Assembly: GCA_902530535.1 (NCBI GenBank)
Contig: CACAAP010000002.1
Location: 255 to 64,254 of the forward strand
Source: an uncultured Candidatus Poseidoniales archaeon
Lineage (GTDB): Archaea; Thermoplasmatota; Poseidoniia; Poseidoniales; Thalassarchaeaceae
Direction: 5' to 3'
DNA length: 64,000 nucleotides
Numbering within the stretch: the first letter of the stretch is position 1; each line of letters opens with the position of its first letter. Positions 27,397 through 37,400 of the stretch are shown one piece after another. Position numbers and translations under genes: made by a program. The notes beneath the pieces are model-generated. The model was not told the DNA's origin. It made no database searches and was given only the letters and a program-made list of their open reading frames with translations.

Positions 27397-28764
27397 ATGG
27401 GCCGAGGCGCTCTGCCCACTTGCATGGAGGGTTGGCCAAAGCCCGGAGTCCCGGTGAGGCTTGTGGTCAAGACCTGGTCCGGAAAGGTGGAGCACAGTGG
27501 AGTGGCCCTACCCAGTTCCGGGCCTAAACTAATCACAATGAAACTACAGAACGGGTACAACGTTTCATTCCCTGAGTCATACATTGACTCATTCGAAGTT
27601 CTGGAAGATATGCCTCACATAGAGGAAGACTCCGGCGAGATCGAACCACAGGACGAGACTCTGCCACTTGTCCATCTGATACACACAGGCGGGACCATAG
27701 CTAGCAAGGTAGACTACGCCACAGGTGCGGTCACTGCAAGATTCGACCCACACGAGTTACTGGATGCCGTGCCCGAACTTCGAAAGATAGCGAGGATACG
27801 AGCAGTCAAGCTTGGAAACATGTGGTCAGACGATCTAAGACCAAGGCACTGGAACAGGATGCTGAAAGCCACCGAGGAGGCTTTCGCCGAGGGAGCGGTT
27901 GGTTGCGTCATCACCCATGGAACAGATACCCTGCACATATCCTCAGCAGCCATGTCATACGGGTGGGCCGGTCAAGGAGGCAGGCCACCGGGTAGAATCG
28001 TCCTGACGGGGTCGCAGAGATCTCCGGATAGAGGCTCTTCAGATGCGACTGAGAATCTAATCGCCTCGATACATTGGGCAGCGCATGGTCCCGCTCCTTC
28101 TGGATACCGCGACTCGTCGGTGGTGATTGTACATGCGAGCTCCTCGGACGGAAGGTGCGCTGTACTCCCGGGATGTGCTTGCAGGAAGTACCACTCCTCA
28201 CGTAGGGACGCATTCAAGCCAATCAACCAGGAGGCTCTCGCATTCGTAGATATAGGCGGAGACGGCGTATCCATAGATTACTCGCCAGAGGCGCATGACG
28301 CTAGGGTGGAGGCGATCTCTCCGAAGCAGTTCGATGAGTCCGTTCGTATTGCACAATTCATCTCAGACCCCCACCTACATCCCGATCAGGTCCAGGGAGC
28401 CATAGACGCTGGCTTCGATGCTCTACTTTTCCATGGAACTGGTTTGGGGCACCTGCCCATATCCGATCCCGAAGAAGACAGTCTAGAGAATACCAGACTA
28501 AGGATGATGCTTGAGGATCACATCTCTGAGGGAGGAGTCGTAGTGATGGTGACCAACACTATTCACGGTCCTGTGAATATGAACGTGTACTCTAAGGGAA
28601 GAGACCAGAAAGAGATAGGAATAATCGGTCACGGCTCTCTATGCCCACCGGGCTCTGCTCTGGTAAAGCTACACCACCTCCTATCTGTGGGAGGGAAGGA
28701 GTCAGTCGAAGAAGGGTGGGAGATGGATTTAGTAGGAGAAAATCCAGCTTTCTCGAGGTCTTAG
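27397..28764 (+). CDS. gatD: Glutamyl-tRNA(Gln) amidotransferase subunit D (GatD)
   Basis: The N-terminal domain reads PVRLVVKTWSGKVEHSGVALP...LITMKLQNGYNV. The asparaginase-type domain has HTGGTIAS and HGTDT. The track ORF starts inside the tRNA, so the real start is the ATG at 27397 or 27424. Confidence 0.85.
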   Translation: MGRGALPTCMEGWPKPGVPVRLVVKTWSGKVEHSGVALPSSGPKLITMKLQNGYNVSFPESYIDSFEVLEDMPHIEEDSGEIEPQDETLPLVHLIHTGGTIASKVDYATGAVTARFDPHELLDAVPELRKIARIRAVKLGNMWSDDLRPRHWNRMLKATEEAFAEGAVGCVITHGTDTLHISSAAMSYGWAGQGGRPPGRIVLTGSQRSPDRGSSDATENLIASIHWAAHGPAPSGYRDSSVVIVHASSSDGRCAVLPGCACRKYHSSRRDAFKPINQEALAFVDIGGDGVSIDYSPEAHDARVEAISPKQFDESVRIAQFISDPHLHPDQVQGAIDAGFDALLFHGTGLGHLPISDPEEDSLENTRLRMMLEDHISEGGVVVMVTNTIHGPVNMNVYSKGRDQKEIGIIGHGSLCPPGSALVKLHHLLSVGGKESVEEGWEMDLVGENPAFSRS

Positions 28765-28773
28765 ACGTCCGGT

Positions 28774-30357
28774 TTGCTGATGAACCGACTTGCACTTGGA
28801 CTCATCATGGCAGGGTCCAGACCTAGCGAAGATCTGGATGCGATCAGACATGATGCAAAATCTCCCGGAGACAGGGCAGTAATCAGGGAGATCAGGGAGG
28901 CTGGCTCCAGAACCGCTAGAGAGAGAATCTTGGACCTACTCGACGATGGGAGCTTCGTTGAGGTAGACGCGTTCGTTAAGCACAGGTCTGGAGACCATGG
29001 AATGCATCTGCACGAACCACTTGGGGACGGAGTAGTGGCCGGACACGGCATGCTGGACGGGAGAAGGGTGGTATGCTTCTCGCAGGACTTCGCAGTATTC
29101 TCAGGGACCATGGGGGAGATGCATGCTAGGAAGATTTGCAAGATTCTTGAACTCGCAGAGAAGGGGCGACTACCGGTTATCGGAATATGGGATGGTGACG
29201 GGCAGCGCCCTCACGAGGGAGTAACATCACTAGGCCCCAACGGTGAGATGCTGGACCTGTTAGTATCCTGCTCCGGAAAGGTCCCGATTCTATCCATTGT
29301 CCTGGGAACCGTTTCAGGAACTAGCGCACTTGCCGCAGGACTATCCGACTTCGTCATTCTAGGCCAACAGAGAGGGAGGATGTTCATGAGAAGCCCATAC
29401 GTCATCCCCGAGATAATCTCAGGAGAGGTGGACGAGGACACTCTTGGGGGAGCCACCCATCATGCAAGTAGGAGCGGGGTTGCGTGCATGGTCTCCGAAA
29501 GCGAAAGCGGAGCATTCGACATTGCGGCAGAAATACTGTCATTCCTCCCAGACCATACAATGGCAGAGCCCCCGAGACTGTCCACAGGTGACAAGTGGAA
29601 GAGAAGGTGCAAGGGAATGGGTAAGCTGGTCCCCCTTGACTCTGACAGACCGTATGACATGAGAGGAGTGGTAGCGGAGGTTGTCGACGACAAACGCTTC
29701 CTTGAGTTATTTCCCTCATATGCAGAGAACGTAGTTGTCGGCTTTGCCAGGCTTGACGGGGTACCAGTGGGCGTGGTGGGAAACCAGCCCTCAGTTCTCG
29801 CTGGATGTCTCGATATCGACGCATCTGTCAAGGCGGCTAGATTCATCAGGACCTGTGACTGCTTCAACATCCCGATAGTGACGTTCGTAGATGTGCCCGG
29901 ATTCCTTCCCGGTACTGTTCAGGAATGGGGTGGGATTATCCGTCACGGGGCCAAGCTCCTGTACGCATACGCGGAGGCCACTATACCCAAGCTCGCAGTG
30001 GTCACAAGAAAGGCATACGGAGGAGCATACCTAGCTATGAGTTGCAAGCACCTTGGATCGGACTACAACGTGGCATGGCCCACTGGGGAGCTTGCCGTTA
30101 TGGGGGCTGAGGGAGCGGTCAGAATCATTCACAGAGCCGAGCTAGCCGGCTCAGAAAAGCCGGATGAGGCTTACTCGGAACTGGTCAAGGACTACCGGGA
30201 CAAGTTCGGCGACCCCTATGTCGCGGCCCGGCACGGTTGGTTGGATGACGTCATCGAGCCCTCCCAAACCAGAAGAGCCCTGGTAAGCGCCCTCAGACCT
30301 TTGCTAACGAAGAGGGTCCTGGTGCCTCCAAAGAAGCATGGAAACATACCTCTATGA
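28774..30357 (+). CDS. pccB: Acyl-CoA carboxyltransferase beta subunit (propionyl-CoA carboxylase beta / methylmalonyl-CoA carboxyltransferase 12S type)
   Basis: Two crotonase-like CT halves are present. Supporting blocks are FSQDFAVFSGTMGEMHARKI, GVVGNQPSVLAGCLDIDAS.KAARFIR.CD.FNIP and YGGAY. The start is the TTG at 28774 or the ATG at 28780. Confidence 0.88.
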   Translation: MLMNRLALGLIMAGSRPSEDLDAIRHDAKSPGDRAVIREIREAGSRTARERILDLLDDGSFVEVDAFVKHRSGDHGMHLHEPLGDGVVAGHGMLDGRRVVCFSQDFAVFSGTMGEMHARKICKILELAEKGRLPVIGIWDGDGQRPHEGVTSLGPNGEMLDLLVSCSGKVPILSIVLGTVSGTSALAAGLSDFVILGQQRGRMFMRSPYVIPEIISGEVDEDTLGGATHHASRSGVACMVSESESGAFDIAAEILSFLPDHTMAEPPRLSTGDKWKRRCKGMGKLVPLDSDRPYDMRGVVAEVVDDKRFLELFPSYAENVVVGFARLDGVPVGVVGNQPSVLAGCLDIDASVKAARFIRTCDCFNIPIVTFVDVPGFLPGTVQEWGGIIRHGAKLLYAYAEATIPKLAVVTRKAYGGAYLAMSCKHLGSDYNVAWPTGELAVMGAEGAVRIIHRAELAGSEKPDEAYSELVKDYRDKFGDPYVAARHGWLDDVIEPSQTRRALVSALRPLLTKRVLVPPKKHGNIPL

Positions 30358-30381
30358 TATGCAATTCCCAATTTCTTCGAA

Positions 30382-31107
30382 TCACAAATGGGACAGAACA
30401 TCTTCTAAACTTGGAATATTTTTCTCGTCTTTTGGTGCGAATAGGGAATGCCATGCCTCCAGATGCTGAGCAGCTAACATGATGATGGCGAAGTCCTCCT
30501 TAGATGAGGACTCATTGTAGGAAATGGAGACCTGCATATGTGACTCAAGTTCAATGGATTGACCTCCGGCAGGGGCTGAGTCAAGATCTATCGAAATGTC
30601 AGCATTTCCTGACTCCATTATGCTGGAATCCCAAGGCCCTCTTACGAGTTTCCTGCGTCCCATCTCCGGGATTATCGAGCCTCCTTCTGAGGACCATGCG
30701 GCAGCGATGGATCGAGCGGCAGAACCTCCTCCCCTCATTCTGAGGATCGAACCAGATGGTTCGACACCTATATGTCTGCAAGCAGAAACGAAGCCTGCTC
30801 CATCAGTACTAGCTCCCTTCCAAACCCCATCTGATCTCATTAGTTGATTGATTGCGTTAACACCCACAGGTCCTTGCACCCCCAATCTGGAATGCGGAGA
30901 GTGCTTCAGAGGGGCAGTGCAAGAGAGCCAAAGGTCTCCGTCCAACATCTCTACCTTGGAGTAGAACTCCTCCTCACTAGATGCTTCGACAAATATCTGC
31001 TCTGCTTGGACCAGCCCCATTGCATCCGCCACTATTGAGAAAAGCTTGGGAGTGGCAGAATGAGAGATGGGATAGCCTGCGACACCCCAGTAGGCGGGCG
31101 CATCCAT
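30382..31107 (-). CDS. aroE: Shikimate 5-dehydrogenase-like protein (short)
   Basis: YWGVAGYPISHSATPKLF, STDGAGF and GGGSAARS follow the AroE motif order. At 241 aa it is shorter than typical AroE. Confidence 0.65.
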   Translation of the reverse strand: MDAPAYWGVAGYPISHSATPKLFSIVADAMGLVQAEQIFVEASSEEEFYSKVEMLDGDLWLSCTAPLKHSPHSRLGVQGPVGVNAINQLMRSDGVWKGASTDGAGFVSACRHIGVEPSGSILRMRGGGSAARSIAAAWSSEGGSIIPEMGRRKLVRGPWDSSIMESGNADISIDLDSAPAGGQSIELESHMQVSISYNESSSKEDFAIIMLAAQHLEAWHSLFAPKDEKNIPSLEDVLSHL

Positions 31108-31181
31108 GGCTCTCGCCGGTGGTAATCACCGATGAAGGTTTCAAGAGTGCCCCTTCACCGACAGTGCCGGGAGGCACAGGA

Positions 31182-32234
31182 ATGCGTCGCGTCAAGAGGT
31201 TGGACGAGGGAGTTAGGCTGAGGATAGAGAGCGAGGACGATCTGTGGGTTCTATCCCAGGTCTGCGGCACTGGTTGCCTTGTTGGGATGCTCTCACACAG
31301 AAGAGACTCTACCACGGGCACGAGGGAGGATGGCCGTGCAAAGAGTGCGGAGAGGAAGCCCATGTGGATTCTCTTAGAGGCTACAGAGACTGCCTTCCAG
31401 CCATTCACGGACAGCCTCCGAGTACATGGGGTGATTAAGGAGGCCAAGATAGACATTGGCAGCCACCACACTCACGTTATTTCTCCCGGTGACGAGATAG
31501 AGTTGACTCGCGAGGGAGGTTTGTCCAAGTCAGATGAATCGCTAGTGAAGGAAGCTATCGCTTCAGGAAAGAAGACTAGATCCGGACTCATGGTGGTAGA
31601 GAATGATGAGATCCTGATCTTCGAGGTTGCAACTCATGGAATCAGAGATGTCTCCCAGTTCAATCTACGCGGAGGTGGTAAGAGAACGGGAGACTCAACC
31701 TCAGTCAGAGAGGAGTTCTTCGAAAAAGTAGCAAAGGAGGCGAAGATGGTTTTTCCTGATGAGATCCCCTTGATCATCTGTGGTCCGGGACTAGCCAGAG
31801 AGGGTTTCGAGTCAAAATTGAGAGATTCGGGGGCTAATAACAGTGTGGTGAATGTGCCGACTTCAATCGGAGGTAGGGCTGCGGCGAACGAGGTACTTTC
31901 GGAGGGCCTAGCCGACACTCTTCTCGGAGAGCATGCGATAGTGGAAGAAGTCAAGGCAATCGAGGAGGCACTCAGACGGATTTCAACAGATGGAGCTGTC
32001 ACCTATGGCAAGAAGATGGTGTCCGACGCTTCCGAACAGGGTGCGGTCGAGACCTTGGTGATTGAAGCGGGACTACTGAGAGGGGAAGAAGAATCCTCTC
32101 AATGGGAGGAAATAGCGAATTCTGTCAAGGCATCTGGTGGGAGGGTTATTCAGGCATCTTCCGAGCATGATTCGGGCAAGCAACTCCTGGGAATGGGGGG
32201 AGCAATCGCAATCCTGAGGTGGAAGTTGGAATAG
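31182..32234 (+). CDS. pelA: Pelota (aDom34) mRNA surveillance factor
   Basis: MRRVKRLDEGVRLRIESEDDLWVLSQV is a Pelota N-terminal domain, and the central and C-terminal parts are eRF1-like (ICGPGLAREGF). The upstream part of the track ORF overlaps aroE and is discarded. Confidence 0.85.
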   Translation: MRRVKRLDEGVRLRIESEDDLWVLSQVCGTGCLVGMLSHRRDSTTGTREDGRAKSAERKPMWILLEATETAFQPFTDSLRVHGVIKEAKIDIGSHHTHVISPGDEIELTREGGLSKSDESLVKEAIASGKKTRSGLMVVENDEILIFEVATHGIRDVSQFNLRGGGKRTGDSTSVREEFFEKVAKEAKMVFPDEIPLIICGPGLAREGFESKLRDSGANNSVVNVPTSIGGRAAANEVLSEGLADTLLGEHAIVEEVKAIEEALRRISTDGAVTYGKKMVSDASEQGAVETLVIEAGLLRGEEESSQWEEIANSVKASGGRVIQASSEHDSGKQLLGMGGAIAILRWKLE

Positions 32235-32268
32235 ACAACCCTCTTGATGGGTATGTTCAGAGGGAACC

Positions 32269-32922
32269 ATGGAAGGGATGCCGATCAGGATTGCCGGTCT
32301 GGGAAGAATTGGTGCGAGCGATGTTGTTTCCTCGGTCACAGAAGAGGCGATTCGAATAGGAGCAGAAGTTGATTTCATCATCGAATCCGATCAGTACGAC
32401 GAGTTCGATCAGGGGCTAATCGATTGGAGGGCGGTCCTGGGTAACAAGCACTGGCTAGTCCTTTCCTCTGACGGCCCATTAGTTGGTGATTCGATGAAAT
32501 CGGCTTGGGGTTCGTCTTTGACATTCGCTGAGTTGGAGGGTTGCAAGTCGGCAATGGTAGTTGGAGTTCCTAGTCAGGCCGACAGGCTAGAGGAGGCATG
32601 GGGTTCCGTAATCGATAGGATCAGACAGGTTAACCTGCTTTTCATCGGCAATAAGGCATTGGAAGAGGTTTCAAAGATCGAAGAAACCCCTCCGAACCTC
32701 CTCTTAGACGAGATTAGAGATAGAGGGGCAGTTCCCATCGTGTGCACCTTCGATCCGATTGAAGGGGTCGCAGAAGTGAGTCACTCAATGGGGAGAGATG
32801 TGGTTGAAGTTGAGGGGGACATGGGGGCTGAGCGGTGGCTAGCAGGGTTCCTATGTGCTCTCCCGGCTTCTGGTTATGGGGCATCTGCTGTTGCGATTGC
32901 GGCCATGTCTGTATTCGAGTAA
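32269..32922 (+). CDS. Hypothetical protein with faint resemblance to a PfkB/ribokinase C-terminal half
   Basis: 217-aa ORF. LLFIGNKALEEV and GAERWLAGFL sit where PfkB kinases have their anion-hole motifs, but the GAGD motif is absent. Confidence 0.4.
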   Translation: MEGMPIRIAGLGRIGASDVVSSVTEEAIRIGAEVDFIIESDQYDEFDQGLIDWRAVLGNKHWLVLSSDGPLVGDSMKSAWGSSLTFAELEGCKSAMVVGVPSQADRLEEAWGSVIDRIRQVNLLFIGNKALEEVSKIEETPPNLLLDEIRDRGAVPIVCTFDPIEGVAEVSHSMGRDVVEVEGDMGAERWLAGFLCALPASGYGASAVAIAAMSVFE

Positions 32923-32999
32923 TCGAGCGTAAATAGAAAACTTCACTGAAACCCCTTTTGAAGGGGCACCCTTTCGGCCGGACCCGCGAGGCCAATGGG

Positions 33000-34148
33000 A
33001 TGCCACTCAAACTAGGGCCAGCCGGAGTCCCCCTCTCCTGCAAGGGCCGCACCATAGTCGAGGGGATGGACGATATCACCGTGCTTGGGCTAGATGCCAT
33101 GGAGGTGCAGACCGTCAGAACCATCCAGCCCCAGCATTTCGACCAATATTGGCAGGCTGGAATACTCTCTTGGAAGTCTGAATTCGAGATGAACATGCAC
33201 GGCCCTTACTACGCGGAACTACTCGGTAGCAAGAGGGAAAGAAACAGGACTCTTTCGAAGATGGAGACGAGCCTTCAGGCTGGAAAAATAATCAATGCAA
33301 GACATCTAACATTCCATGTAGGACCGTACGGAGATTACGAGCCTGGAACCGAGGCAAATGAGCAGGTGGCCAATGTCATGGCGGGAGTAGTCGAGCGAGT
33401 CAGAGAAGTGTGGGGAGATGAGGAGGAAGAGGAAGATTACTACGCATTCCCCTGGGTGCACGAATCTGAGCCATCACTAGTCGGGGTCGAGACCTCCGGG
33501 AGACAGGAGTTGTGGGGCACCGTAGAAGAAGTTCTGGAAGTTTGCAATCACGTTGAGGGGACGGTCCCTGTTCTGAATATGGGGCACATCCACGCTCGGG
33601 GCCATGGGAGGCTAAGAACCAGCGAGGACTATGCTGAGCTCTTCGATCAAGCAAGGGAGACCTACGGCGGCTCGACGTTCTACTGCCACTTTGCGGGAGT
33701 CGAGCATAGGATGGGTAACGCACTCCACTACACGCAGATAAAGAAGTCCGATCTGAAGTTCGAGCCCTTCGCCGAGTACCTCGCCGAGGAGGGAGATTGG
33801 ATGGACATCACGATAATCTCTGACTCGCCTCTACTCGAGCATGATGCAATGTACATGCTTCAGCACTACGACAAAGCCAGGCAGAGGCTCCTGGAAATCA
33901 AGGCTCGTGACGAGCGTAGGGCCAAGCTCGCTGCACAGCAGGGAATAGACCCTGAGGAATTGAAGAGGAAGGAGGAGGAGGCTGCGGCCGCCCGTAAGGC
34001 TCAGCTAACCGGAGAGGTGGAAGAAAAGCCCAAGAAGGAGGCAGCCAAGAAAGAGGCAGCCAAGAAGGCCCCAGCAAAGGGGAAGACCGGGAAATCCAGC
34101 GGAATGATATCATTCGACGATTCAGAAGACGAAGATGACGTGTTCTAG
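33000..34148 (+). CDS. Xylose-isomerase-like TIM-barrel protein (AP endonuclease family 2 / Endo IV-like) with a Lys/Glu/Ala-rich tail and acidic C-terminal tip
   Basis: MPLKLGPAGVPLSCKG..., HGPYY, LTFHVG, LVGVETSG ... NMGHIHARGHG and CHFAGVEH follow the order of metal-ligand motifs in the Endo IV/AP2 family. The tail is described in the findings. Confidence 0.55.
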   Translation: MPLKLGPAGVPLSCKGRTIVEGMDDITVLGLDAMEVQTVRTIQPQHFDQYWQAGILSWKSEFEMNMHGPYYAELLGSKRERNRTLSKMETSLQAGKIINARHLTFHVGPYGDYEPGTEANEQVANVMAGVVERVREVWGDEEEEEDYYAFPWVHESEPSLVGVETSGRQELWGTVEEVLEVCNHVEGTVPVLNMGHIHARGHGRLRTSEDYAELFDQARETYGGSTFYCHFAGVEHRMGNALHYTQIKKSDLKFEPFAEYLAEEGDWMDITIISDSPLLEHDAMYMLQHYDKARQRLLEIKARDERRAKLAAQQGIDPEELKRKEEEAAAARKAQLTGEVEEKPKKEAAKKEAAKKAPAKGKTGKSSGMISFDDSEDEDDVF

Positions 34149-34204
34149 CGACTCGCACCTCTGTGAGCAGTCTAGTTCAATAACCTGTTTTTCGAGCCTA
34201 GCCC

Positions 34205-34411
34205 ATGGAGACGGGAACTGTGAAGTGGTTCAACTACGTGAAAGGATATGGGTTCATTGGGCGCGATGAGGGAGATGACCTCTTCGTGCACACTACTGAG
34301 GTAGATGGAAGAATCAGTGAAGGAGACATTGTGGAATTCGAAATTGGGGACAGTGACAAGGGCCCGAACGCCATCAATGTTCGAAAGATCGGCGAGTCTG
34401 AAGAAGAGTGA
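34205..34411 (+). CDS. csp: Cold-shock protein (CspA family)
   Basis: GTVKWFNYVKGYGFI is RNP1 and DLFVH is RNP2. The protein is 68 aa. Confidence 0.92.
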   Translation: METGTVKWFNYVKGYGFIGRDEGDDLFVHTTEVDGRISEGDIVEFEIGDSDKGPNAINVRKIGESEEE

Positions 34412-34426
34412 ACTAGTCGGTTCACT
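34407..34426. terminator. Hairpin spanning both stop codons of the convergent csp and giant membrane genes
   Basis: AGTGAAC-tagtcg-GTTCACT forms a 7-bp perfect stem with a 6-nt loop. There is no T-tract, so a terminator role is conjecture. Confidence 0.25.
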
Positions 34427-37400
34427 CCTCCTCGGAGGATTTCTCCCAGTTCAGGACTATTGATCCGTTGGAGCTAATCGCCAGTACTGGAGACCACTTG
34501 CTGAAGTCTACGGTTCTGTTTGTCGATATCATCTCTCTGAGGTTATACATCATATTGGGCTCCAACCTAATTCCGAAGAGGGCGTCTTCTGATTCGAATA
34601 ACGGAGATTGTGGTGTCACTGGTTCCGGTTCGGGACTTTCCTCCTCGTCCATCTCTTCCGAGTGCGCATCACCTTCTATTTCCGCTTCCTCACTAACCTC
34701 AGTTGGTTCTTCTTTGGTTTTGTCATGCTCGGGAGAAGGCTCAGAGACCCCTACGTTTGAGGCGATCGGGGCTGCACCCTCTATTGTGCTCCCGATCTCC
34801 AAACCCCCTCTTGAGGCGTATAGGACAGCCTGGCCAATGAGCGTCAAAGATGCTAGGAACAGCATCAGCACCATAATCAGGCCCTCATAAGCAGCCCCTG
34901 TGACGATGAGGCCTGAAGGCATACCGATCAGGCTGATCAGCCTCCTCCATCCGTGATCCCTGCCGAAACCGACGATGACATGGTGCAAGGATAGGAGCAC
35001 TATCGATGCCCCGAACGCGAAATCCACTTCTATGTACTCGGAGTACGGGAACATGGCAATCAGGAAGAATGCGGAGCCGAACATCCCGAAGTCCTTCTCC
35101 ATGTCGAAGGGCTCTGACTCGGATGTTCCAAGAGTCGGGACCATGACCTCGCGCCCGTAGGGATTCACCCTGCGCCATGACAATCCGACCATGACAATGC
35201 CGACAGCGATAGGCCAGACCAGTGCATCTTCGGAATGGAATCCAAAATCCTCACGCAACCATGACTCGAGAGTCAGAGTTTGGACCAAAACCGATCCATG
35301 CATTACGATTGGAGTGCCGCTCCTGAGACCGTCCCAGCCAGCCACCAAGGCAGAGATGAATGGGAGAACTCCACTTACTCCTCCAGAAATTAGAAGGAAG
35401 GCGTATCCGTACCCCCTGGAAGCCAGGCCCAGAAATTCGTCGTTCCCTACATCATGGTCTTCGAACGGTGAGTTAGCGAGGAGCAATCCGTTATGGAAAA
35501 GCAGGTACTGGGAGAATCCGGCCAACCCCCCAATGACGCGCGCATAGTCCGAGCCCTGTCCGACTTCGAGATACTGGAATAGCTCCAGAGAAGCCCAGAA
35601 CCATGCTATGGGAGAAATCCAGAACCAATTGATTACTCCCTGTCTCCATGCTCCGGCAGTAATGACTGCCACGATGACTATGGGTGCAGTCTGTGGATCT
35701 GGAAGGAGGAATGCCACGGAGAGGAGGACAGCGACTGCGGGTCCGAAGAGTTGCTCTGGCCCGTATCTTGACCCCCTCTCACGCTCCCTTTCCGAGGGGA
35801 GGTGGATTGCAACGGATGCCGGAATAGATAACAGTAGAAGGGAGGCCCATCTAGGAGTGTCAAACAGGAGAATGTCCGTCGTTTCTCCCAAGTATGGAAT
35901 GCCATTCAGTAATGCCCATATCAGATCGCTTTCGTCCCGTAGAGAGTCGAAGAAGGATGCATAGATCACGGCAACTACAGGCAGCGCCACAAGGACTGGA
36001 GTGGAAACATGCTTGGCCGCCCTTTGCACAGCGATTGCAAAAACCGTCAGTGCCAGTAACCCTCCCGAGGAGTCTGTCATCCCGATTAAGAGAAGAATGA
36101 ATAGGGTCAGGCTGCCGAAGTTTCTGGCCTCCTGTGATATGTCGAGCAGGGTTTTCAAGCGGAAGTTAACCAAAACAGGAGCGGAGATGATAATCAAGTC
36201 TCTAGTTACTCGCTCCCAGAGTTCCGAGTTCTCTGAAGAGAGGATACCCGCTGAGACCACTGAGACGAAGAAGAGGTAAGTTATACCCACCAGCCTCTCT
36301 AGTGGAGTCGTCCTGAATGCTACCCCTCCCTCAACTACTAGGAGGGCTGCAAGCAAAGCTGAGCAAGCCAGAGTTAGAGAAATGGTTTCTGATGAGAAGT
36401 GTCCTGACTCCCAAGGGCGTGCGTTATTGATTAGGAATACTAGAACCAGTAGCAGTATGACCACCATCTCCGGCCTTAGAATTAGGCTCTCGTCCTCGAC
36501 CCTCCACCTATGACATATTCCGAATACGGTGAAGGCTAGTAGTAGTGGCAATACCAGGATCATCGGTTCCAGGTCCGACTCGCCAATTGTTAGAACACTG
36601 GAAAGGACCAATGGAGACGATAAGAGGACTAGATGTCCGACGTCAGAAAACCACTCTCTTTCGTTTCTATCATCAAATCTCGAGGATAGGAACCAGTTCA
36701 GTTGGAATAGTGATGCCGCTGAAATGATCAGCAGGAAGAGTGGGGAGGCGTCCTCTAGAAGTTCGATATTCAATGATGCTAGTGCCAAGAGGATCGAGGG
36801 GCCCTCATACGCCCTCAGCCTGCCTCTCGACTGGGCCCATATTCCCAGAGTCAGCAACGATGGGAATATCACTAGGGAAATCCCATCGACTATGCTGAGT
36901 TGGAAAGACCCTAACTCGAGTATGTTTCCGTCCCTTCCCGCACCTATGAATGAGGACACGGTCCATGAGGCCACCATGGCTACGTATGTCGCTCTCACGA
37001 CCCAGTCTCGTGCCTGTGGACGGGTCTCCAAGTATACGAATGCACAGATTCCAACTATCCAGGCTACCATGGCAGCCTCGTCCGAGAGGAGTGCCAGTGC
37101 CAGTGCCAGCCCCACTGGCATAGCAGGGGTTCTCTGCATCGTCGTTGGTGCGAACCAACCGACTAGGAGGGCGACCCAGAGCCAGAAGGTGAGGCCGAAT
37201 GGGTGCTCGGAGATGGTGTTCCCGGCTATTGAGAACTGTGTCTCGTCCGCAGCCAGAATCTGACAGAACAGAATGGCGGCTACCACAGCTCCTGACCCAT
37301 TCTCGATCATTTTCTTGGATAAGCTTCTGTCGGTGGCTGTTATCCCAACGATCACAACTGCTGGAACTAGCAGGCTGGCGTGCTCAGTCTCCCCCCAAGA

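Noticed and set aside
27198-27584. 128-aa minus-strand ORF and the first 25 codons of the 27322 plus-strand ORF
   Set aside because: Both run through the intron-containing tRNA(CAU) gene. GatD homology only begins downstream of 27397.
30981-31181. Upstream extensions of the pelota ORF here, with similar cases for mogA (39746-39886), the HemC-like gene (44666-44911) and the PLC-like gene (21973-22053)
   Set aside because: The extensions overlap neighbouring well-supported genes or intergenic promoters, and they precede the point where family-typical N-termini start.
32952-32966. Hairpin CCCCTT-ttg-AAGGGG between the hypothetical gene and the Endo IV-like gene
   Set aside because: The stem is only 6 bp, there is no following T-tract, and the TTG start option of the downstream ORF lies inside it. 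That is not enough to call a terminator.
34032-34070. Tandem 15-nt repeat AAGAAGGAGGCAGCC / AAGAAAGAGGCAGCC / AAGAAGGCC
   Set aside because: It is not a repeat element or CRISPR-like array. It lies in frame inside the CDS and encodes the KKEAA-KKEAA-KKA tail, which is covered in the findings as a protein feature.
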